A stretch of 14,076 bases of DNA from a candidate division WOR-3 bacterium (GTDB lineage Bacteria > Hydrothermota > Tepidihabitantia > Tepidihabitantales > DTDR01). Location: positions 1-14,076 of the forward strand of contig JBDRVN010000044.1 of NCBI GenBank assembly GCA_039801885.1. Reading direction: 5' to 3'. The position numbers and the translations under genes were made by a program. Below the pieces are notes generated by a model. The model was given only the letters and a program-made list of their open reading frames with translations, was not told the origin of the DNA and ran no database searches. This document shows positions 9,438 through 14,076 of the stretch, piece by piece (within the stretch, counting starts at the first letter, position 1; the number at the start of each line of letters is the position of its first letter).

Positions 9438-9494
9438 ATCACTCCTTTTTAAATTTTTAATTTCAGAAGTATATTTTAAAAATTTAGTTTTACT

Positions 9495-12400
9495 CTATTT
9501 TGTTATAATTATCTTGTAAATCTCCTTCTTATTTTCAAGATTTTTTATTATGTAAATTCCTGTTGGTAGATTTTCAATTCTTATCTCTTTTTCTTTCTTT
9601 CGTTCAATATCTTTAATTTTCTTTCCGGCAATATCATAGATCGCCACTTTATTTGCTTTTATTGGCAGAATAATTGAACTTCCTTTAAGAATTGTCGGCA
9701 ATCTTTTGAGTTCTCCATATTTATTAATTTCACCTTCTTTTTTAGTAAACTCAAAGATATTCACTCTTGGTAATGGCTGACCAGTAATTAATTTTATTGC
9801 TCTTCCTGCTTGAATTTGTGCCGATGCCCGATGATAACTATTATTATAAACCGCACAGATTCCAATCGTATTCGTCTGGTCTTCAATACCAACCGTGTTT
9901 GATTGGTAATAATTGGCTGTTAGATATTGGAATTTTATCATATTATCACCAGTAGGAGTTTGAACTGTTGTATCATAGATAATTATCTCAAATTTATCCC
10001 AATATGTATTTGGACTATAATAATGGACACTATCCCATTCTAAAATCATCCGGTGATTTAATGTATCATTATAAAACCAAATTCCATTACCATAAGGCGG
10101 ATATAAATCATCCCAATTTGGACAAATCATCGCACTCGGATTTGATGATGTCGGGTCAGGTAACGGCTGATTAGTATAAACTGTTGAAGTAGTATAGACC
10201 GGTGTTATCCAACCATTACCACAGACTGATAATTGACTAGTATATAAAGTGCCGTAATATCTAAATGGGAATGGTAAGTTAATTTGGATTGTCTGGTCAT
10301 CAGAAGTTATCGGCAATCTTGTACCAACATTTCTTATCTCAACCCATTCAAAAGGCTCTGTCTGTTGATAAAAAGTATCAACATCATCATAGGCATAATA
10401 TAATGGTTCAGGTTGGCGATTGTCAGGTATCGGGTCAGTTATTGTCAATCTACCAATTGGTATTCTAAAAGTTGTTATCCTCTCATAATTATCAGCATAT
10501 AGTTTTAATGTGCAAAGAATTTCTGTTTCCGGTCTAATTAATTGAGAGGCAAATACTTTGAAATGGTCATTAAAATTGATTGCCGTATCGCCTCTTAATA
10601 CTGTTCCAAAACCAGCAAAAGAGTCAACAATAGTAAACAAAGTATCAGAACTCTTTAAGATAGCATAAACATTATAACCGTGTCCCAAACCAGTATTCTT
10701 TATTTTTATTAAGACATCAGCAGTTTCACCAGGGTCAATTCTGCCGTTTGGTCTTTGAGAGAAAGAATCTTTGACAAAGAAATCTTGATAAGATAAAATT
10801 GGTGTGCCAACGGTAATAGTAAACCTTGAATACCAAATAGAATCATAAGTATCTTTTACTTTTAATGTACAGAGTATTGAATAGCCGTTCGTTAGGTTAT
10901 TAGAAAGAGTTAGGTTAAAGCCGTCTTCACCGGTAAACGCTGAATCGCCACCAGGTATATTACCAAAGAATTTTACAGTATCATTATAAGTAACATTGGT
11001 ATCGCGGCTAAAGAAATATCCGTAAACACTGTCCGCCTGTAATTCACCAAAGTTTTTAACCCACACAGGAATCTCTAATTCTTCACCGGGATTTGGTATA
11101 CCATCGCCATTTCCTCTTGGTGGGTCATCGTTGATTAAATGATAACGATAGGCAACATAACGACCTGTCGGAACAACTAATATTGAATCTTCGTAAGGAT
11201 AAAAATTTCTACCACTAACAGTTAATAACATATTTCCTGGTGTTTGGGGAGTAACATATAAAGTTATTTCACCATTACTATTTGTTTTTCCTTTGGCATA
11301 GACTTCATTACCTTTCCATAAACAAACTAAAGCACTTTCTATTGGTATGCTATTCGCCAAAATACTAATATTCACTGGAACATTTGAACCAATCGGTATT
11401 ACAGGTGGAAAATTAACTTGTGCGTGGGTAATGGTATCAGTCCATAATAAAATTAAAGGACAACCAAAAAGGTTTCTTTCGTAGGCTTCCCAACGAAATC
11501 TTGAAGAGTCGGTCATTGGCCATAATGGTCTTAACTGGTCTTTGGAATGGGCAAGGGCTTCACCAACATAGACATAAGCAGAACATAAGGGATTGCGACC
11601 AATTGGTTGTCTTGGTAAAAATTTATAGAAGAAATGGTAGTTATAATATTCTGCCACTCTTACCCAACCATATCTTGAATTCATCATCAATGCAGCAAAA
11701 CCATTTGGTGAATGGGTTGTCATATATTCTGCAATACAATCAGAAGTAGAATAATCAAAAGCACCGGTATGACAGCAAACCGCGGTTAACACATTTAATC
11801 TATTAGTATTATTTAAATTCATCATCATCGGAATTGTTACCGAACCACCAAGGTCATAAGATGTTTCACTTCCGTGGGCAATAATTGAAGTATAGCCATA
11901 ACCGGAATTTATTGAATCACAAAACCTTTGTGGCGTTGGTGTTATACTGCCGCCACTCATATACATCCGACAACCAAACCAATGGGCAGGCATTGCATAA
12001 TATATTGAATCATTAAATTCTTGGGAGAAGGTGACTCCAACCGGCAACAAAACTTTTATCGGATATAAAGTTGAATTATCCGGTGTCTTTTCAAATCTAA
12101 ATACCTTGGAAATATATCTGGTAATCTCTTCTAAACTGTCAACAGGAATCATTCCCACATAAACATCCGAATAGCCATCTACTGAATCAGCAACTTCTCC
12201 AAAGATATTATTCCGGTTAAAATCCCAGTCTCTATCTAAATCCGAGAAATATAGGTCACAAGGAAGAGTATCCCGATAAGAACCGGTATAATAAACATAA
12301 CACCTTCGGTATTGTTGTGCGGGATGGTCTTGCCGAACAATGAAAAAGAAAGGTGTCTGCCAAGTAGTATCAGCATCTTTTATAAAATTCCTCATTTTTT

Positions 12401-13223
12401 CGGGCAAATCTCTACCGGGATAACTACTTTGAATTTCTTCAATTGTCATTACTGTGCTTGGATAACCTTGTTTATTCCGCCAAGATAATAAAGAAGAACA
12501 AGCCGGAACAAACATATTTGGTGTAATAATTACATATTCATAATAACCGGGTGGTAAATATAAACTTCCTTTTTTACCTAAACTATTTTCAATATAAGGC
12601 GAAAATCTATTACCATCTTCAGGATTTATGACCATTCGGTAAATACTTGATAAAAGTAGTTGTTTTTTAAAAGGTGAAATTCTTTTTATTGGAATATTTT
12701 TCTCTTCGTAAACAATCTTTACTTTTAAAGAAGTAATAAAATACAACTCTCTCTTTGCCGGTAAATAACGAATAGGAAATACTAAGAAACTACCAATTTT
12801 AAACCCACCTTTATTTCCAGTATTTAGATAATCAATCACTTTTTCGGGATAGATTTTATTTAATGAATAATATTCTTCTTTTGGTAAAACAAACTCTTTC
12901 TTCTCTTGATTAATTGACCAGGTTTGACCATATTGGATAGGATATAATAAATATTCACCAGGAATTTTTACTTCGTTAATTTCTAATATCTCAACATCTT
13001 TTAAATAAGCATTTGGTGGAATAACACAAGAAATAGGAATTACTGGAATCTGGGGTGAACCCAAAGGACCTTCGTAATAAGGAGCATCAAATAAATCAAC
13101 AACCGTATAACCATCTTTTTGAGTTAAAGAAAGGGCACTTAAAGGAAAATCAAGTTTTTTTGTAATCTCTCCGCTAAAAGCAGAGAAGATAATAAAAAAT
13201 AAAAGAATAATTAACTTCTTCAT
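9495..13223 (-). CDS. Secreted C25-family (gingipain-like) cysteine peptidase with propeptide, Ig-like modules and a T9SS type-A-like CTD
   Basis: The likely start is ATG 13223 (MKKLIILL..., preceded by GGAGG at 13229-13233) rather than 13235. It has a propeptide-like GSPQIPV...IPP region, YVIITP, CDLYFSDLD and DVYVG motifs, and catalytic His (IAHGS, 11874-11876) and Cys (VCCHTGAFD, 11772-11774). The C-terminus reads IYDIAGKKIK...NLPTGIYII...KIIITK. Confidence 0.9.
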   Translation of the reverse strand: MKKLIILLFFIIFSAFSGEITKKLDFPLSALSLTQKDGYTVVDLFDAPYYEGPLGSPQIPVIPISCVIPPNAYLKDVEILEINEVKIPGEYLLYPIQYGQTWSINQEKKEFVLPKEEYYSLNKIYPEKVIDYLNTGNKGGFKIGSFLVFPIRYLPAKRELYFITSLKVKIVYEEKNIPIKRISPFKKQLLLSSIYRMVINPEDGNRFSPYIENSLGKKGSLYLPPGYYEYVIITPNMFVPACSSLLSWRNKQGYPSTVMTIEEIQSSYPGRDLPEKMRNFIKDADTTWQTPFFFIVRQDHPAQQYRRCYVYYTGSYRDTLPCDLYFSDLDRDWDFNRNNIFGEVADSVDGYSDVYVGMIPVDSLEEITRYISKVFRFEKTPDNSTLYPIKVLLPVGVTFSQEFNDSIYYAMPAHWFGCRMYMSGGSITPTPQRFCDSINSGYGYTSIIAHGSETSYDLGGSVTIPMMMNLNNTNRLNVLTAVCCHTGAFDYSTSDCIAEYMTTHSPNGFAALMMNSRYGWVRVAEYYNYHFFYKFLPRQPIGRNPLCSAYVYVGEALAHSKDQLRPLWPMTDSSRFRWEAYERNLFGCPLILLWTDTITHAQVNFPPVIPIGSNVPVNISILANSIPIESALVCLWKGNEVYAKGKTNSNGEITLYVTPQTPGNMLLTVSGRNFYPYEDSILVVPTGRYVAYRYHLINDDPPRGNGDGIPNPGEELEIPVWVKNFGELQADSVYGYFFSRDTNVTYNDTVKFFGNIPGGDSAFTGEDGFNLTLSNNLTNGYSILCTLKVKDTYDSIWYSRFTITVGTPILSYQDFFVKDSFSQRPNGRIDPGETADVLIKIKNTGLGHGYNVYAILKSSDTLFTIVDSFAGFGTVLRGDTAINFNDHFKVFASQLIRPETEILCTLKLYADNYERITTFRIPIGRLTITDPIPDNRQPEPLYYAYDDVDTFYQQTEPFEWVEIRNVGTRLPITSDDQTIQINLPFPFRYYGTLYTSQLSVCGNGWITPVYTTSTVYTNQPLPDPTSSNPSAMICPNWDDLYPPYGNGIWFYNDTLNHRMILEWDSVHYYSPNTYWDKFEIIIYDTTVQTPTGDNMIKFQYLTANYYQSNTVGIEDQTNTIGICAVYNNSYHRASAQIQAGRAIKLITGQPLPRVNIFEFTKKEGEINKYGELKRLPTILKGSSIILPIKANKVAIYDIAGKKIKDIERKKEKEIRIENLPTGIYIIKNLENKKEIYKIIITK

Positions 13224-13251
13224 TTTTTCCTCCATTTATTTTTATTATTTT

Positions 13252-13695
13252 TTATTCTTCCTCTTCTTCAACTTCCCAACTAATACTAATTTCAATATTT
13301 TTTATTATTCCTTTATTATCCTTCATTTCAAAATAGTAAGTTATTTCTTCTTCTTCAACTTCCTTTGACCAATTAACAATCTCGCCATCCAAAATTGATT
13401 TTACCAATTCCATTGCCTTGATATCAACTGGTGTTAAATTTTCCTTCTTCTCAACTATTTTACCGGTTTTTCCATCAATTTTTAAAGTTAATTTCTTATT
13501 CTCAAAAGTAATATCAGCATAATAAAAGATATTACTATCTTCTTGTTTCTTTTCCAATTTATCAATCTGGGCGTCTTTATACTCGGTAATAATTATTTTT
13601 TGAATATCCTTTTCACTTAATACCTTTTTTTGAGAAAAAGAGATTAATGGAATAAGAAAAATAAAAAACATTAAAAGAATTAAAACCCTTTTCAT
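13252..13695 (-). CDS. Small secreted PepSY-like domain protein (two partial domains, acidic tail)
   Basis: The likely start is ATG 13695 (MKRVLILL...), preceded by AAGGAGG at 13701-13707. It has a signal peptide, the PepSY-like pattern LSEKDIQKII...YYADI...LKIDGKTGKIV, and a second copy AMELVK...GEIV...YYFEM...IEI ending in WEVEEEEE. Confidence 0.7.
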   Translation of the reverse strand: MKRVLILLMFFIFLIPLISFSQKKVLSEKDIQKIIITEYKDAQIDKLEKKQEDSNIFYYADITFENKKLTLKIDGKTGKIVEKKENLTPVDIKAMELVKSILDGEIVNWSKEVEEEEITYYFEMKDNKGIIKNIEISISWEVEEEEE

Positions 13696-13724
13696 CGGTT
13701 CCTCCTTTTTAAACATATTTAATA

Positions 13725-13752
13725 AGTATAATCATCTATTAAATAAAGTCAA
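13725..13752 (-). promoter_or_regulatory. Putative sigma70-type promoter driving the PepSY-C25 gene cluster
   Basis: Minus strand TTGACT (13752-13747), a 16-nt spacer, then TATACT (13730-13725), about 30 nt upstream of the SD-supported ATG. Confidence 0.65.
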
Positions 13753-13860
13753 TAATTTTAAATATGCCTAAATATTTATCCAATTAGACTTTTTGACTTG
13801 GCTCAAATTATAAATTCTGCTGATGAAAATAGGTATCCCAATCTGTCGCAAGATTTGTTA

Positions 13861-13880
13861 AAAAAGGTGGTAACCTTTTT
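13861..13880. repeat. Perfect 8-bp inverted repeat AAAAAGGT-ggta-ACCTTTTT
   Basis: Directly visible: arms at 13861-13868 and 13873-13880. Confidence 0.85.
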
Positions 13881-13896
13881 GCCTTCTTATCCGTTA
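13869..13896 (+). promoter_or_regulatory. Putative ECF-sigma-type promoter for the HTH gene
   Basis: GGTAAC (13869-13874), a 17-nt spacer that begins with C and a T-tract, then CGTTA (13892-13896). This matches the AAC-N16/17-CGT ECF consensus. Confidence 0.45.
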
Positions 13897-13930
13897 TATA
13901 TATGTAAGGAAAATATAAAAAGGAGAGATT

Positions 13931-14076
13931 ATGAAGTTGTATTTAACTGATGAAGAGAAAGATAAGATAAAGAATTTGGGAATTTTAAAAGTAAGTCAGG
14001 TTGCCTATTTCTTAGATGTTTCGCCTAAAACTATCTGGAAGTGGATTAAAGATAATTATCTGAAAGCCAGTAGATT
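13931..14076 (+). CDS. Excisionase/MerR-like helix-turn-helix (HTH_17-type) DNA-binding protein, 3'-truncated by the window edge
   Basis: Not in the ORF track. SD AAGGAG precedes ATG 13931. It translates MKLYLTDEEKDKIKNLGILKVSQVAYFLDVSPKTIWKWIKDNYLKASR..., matching the L.v.evA..l.vs..Ti..wi..g.l.a.r pattern. Confidence 0.8.
   Translation, partial: MKLYLTDEEKDKIKNLGILKVSQVAYFLDVSPKTIWKWIKDNYLKASR

Noticed and set aside
9468..9473. TATACT on the minus strand upstream of the aminotransferase
   Set aside because: There is no matching -35 or extended -10 and the context is very AT-rich, so it is not called. An internal promoter cannot be excluded.
5922..11749. Short alternative-frame or antisense ORFs (5922, 6515, 6555, 7515, 7739, 8293, 8582, 9065, 11501; likewise 833 and 4810)
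   Set aside because: All are nested in well-supported long genes and lack SD sites or domain motifs.
13224..13235. ORF-track start of the C25 gene at 13235 (and of the PepSY gene at 13716)
   Set aside because: In both cases the extension contains the GGAGG SD itself. The downstream ATGs (13223 and 13695) give proper spacing and canonical signal peptides.
13810..13861. GCTGATGA motif (fluoride riboswitch-like) and a 12-codon ORF MKIGIPICRKIC at 13823-13861
   Set aside because: The upstream GATGG/pseudoknot pairing of the riboswitch is absent. The mini-ORF has no SD and is of a length expected by chance.

Overview
AT-rich (roughly 30% GC by eye) bacterial chromosomal segment. Nine genes are co-oriented on the minus strand, and a divergent, truncated excisionase/MerR-like HTH gene starts at the right edge. 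In transcription order (right to left): a small secreted PepSY-like protein, a 1242-aa gingipain-type (C25) cysteine peptidase, a class-III PLP aminotransferase, a secreted 13-14-repeat beta-propeller-like protein, tilS, ftsH, dapA, dapB, and a secreted LVIVD-repeat protein split by a one-base frameshift near 237-243. Two secreted proteins, and probably a third, end in a T9SS type-A-like C-terminal domain. Yet the genes use strong GGAGG Shine-Dalgarno sites and E. coli-type sigma70 promoter motifs, which suggests a non-Bacteroidota FCB-related lineage such as WOR-3 (inference). The main points of interest are a candidate extracellular proteolysis/amino-acid scavenging operon with a possible cognate PepSY inhibitor, a probably leaderless tilS, an ECF-type promoter overlapped by a palindrome upstream of the HTH gene, and the frameshift. 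No rRNA, tRNA, CRISPR array, integrase or transposase was seen.
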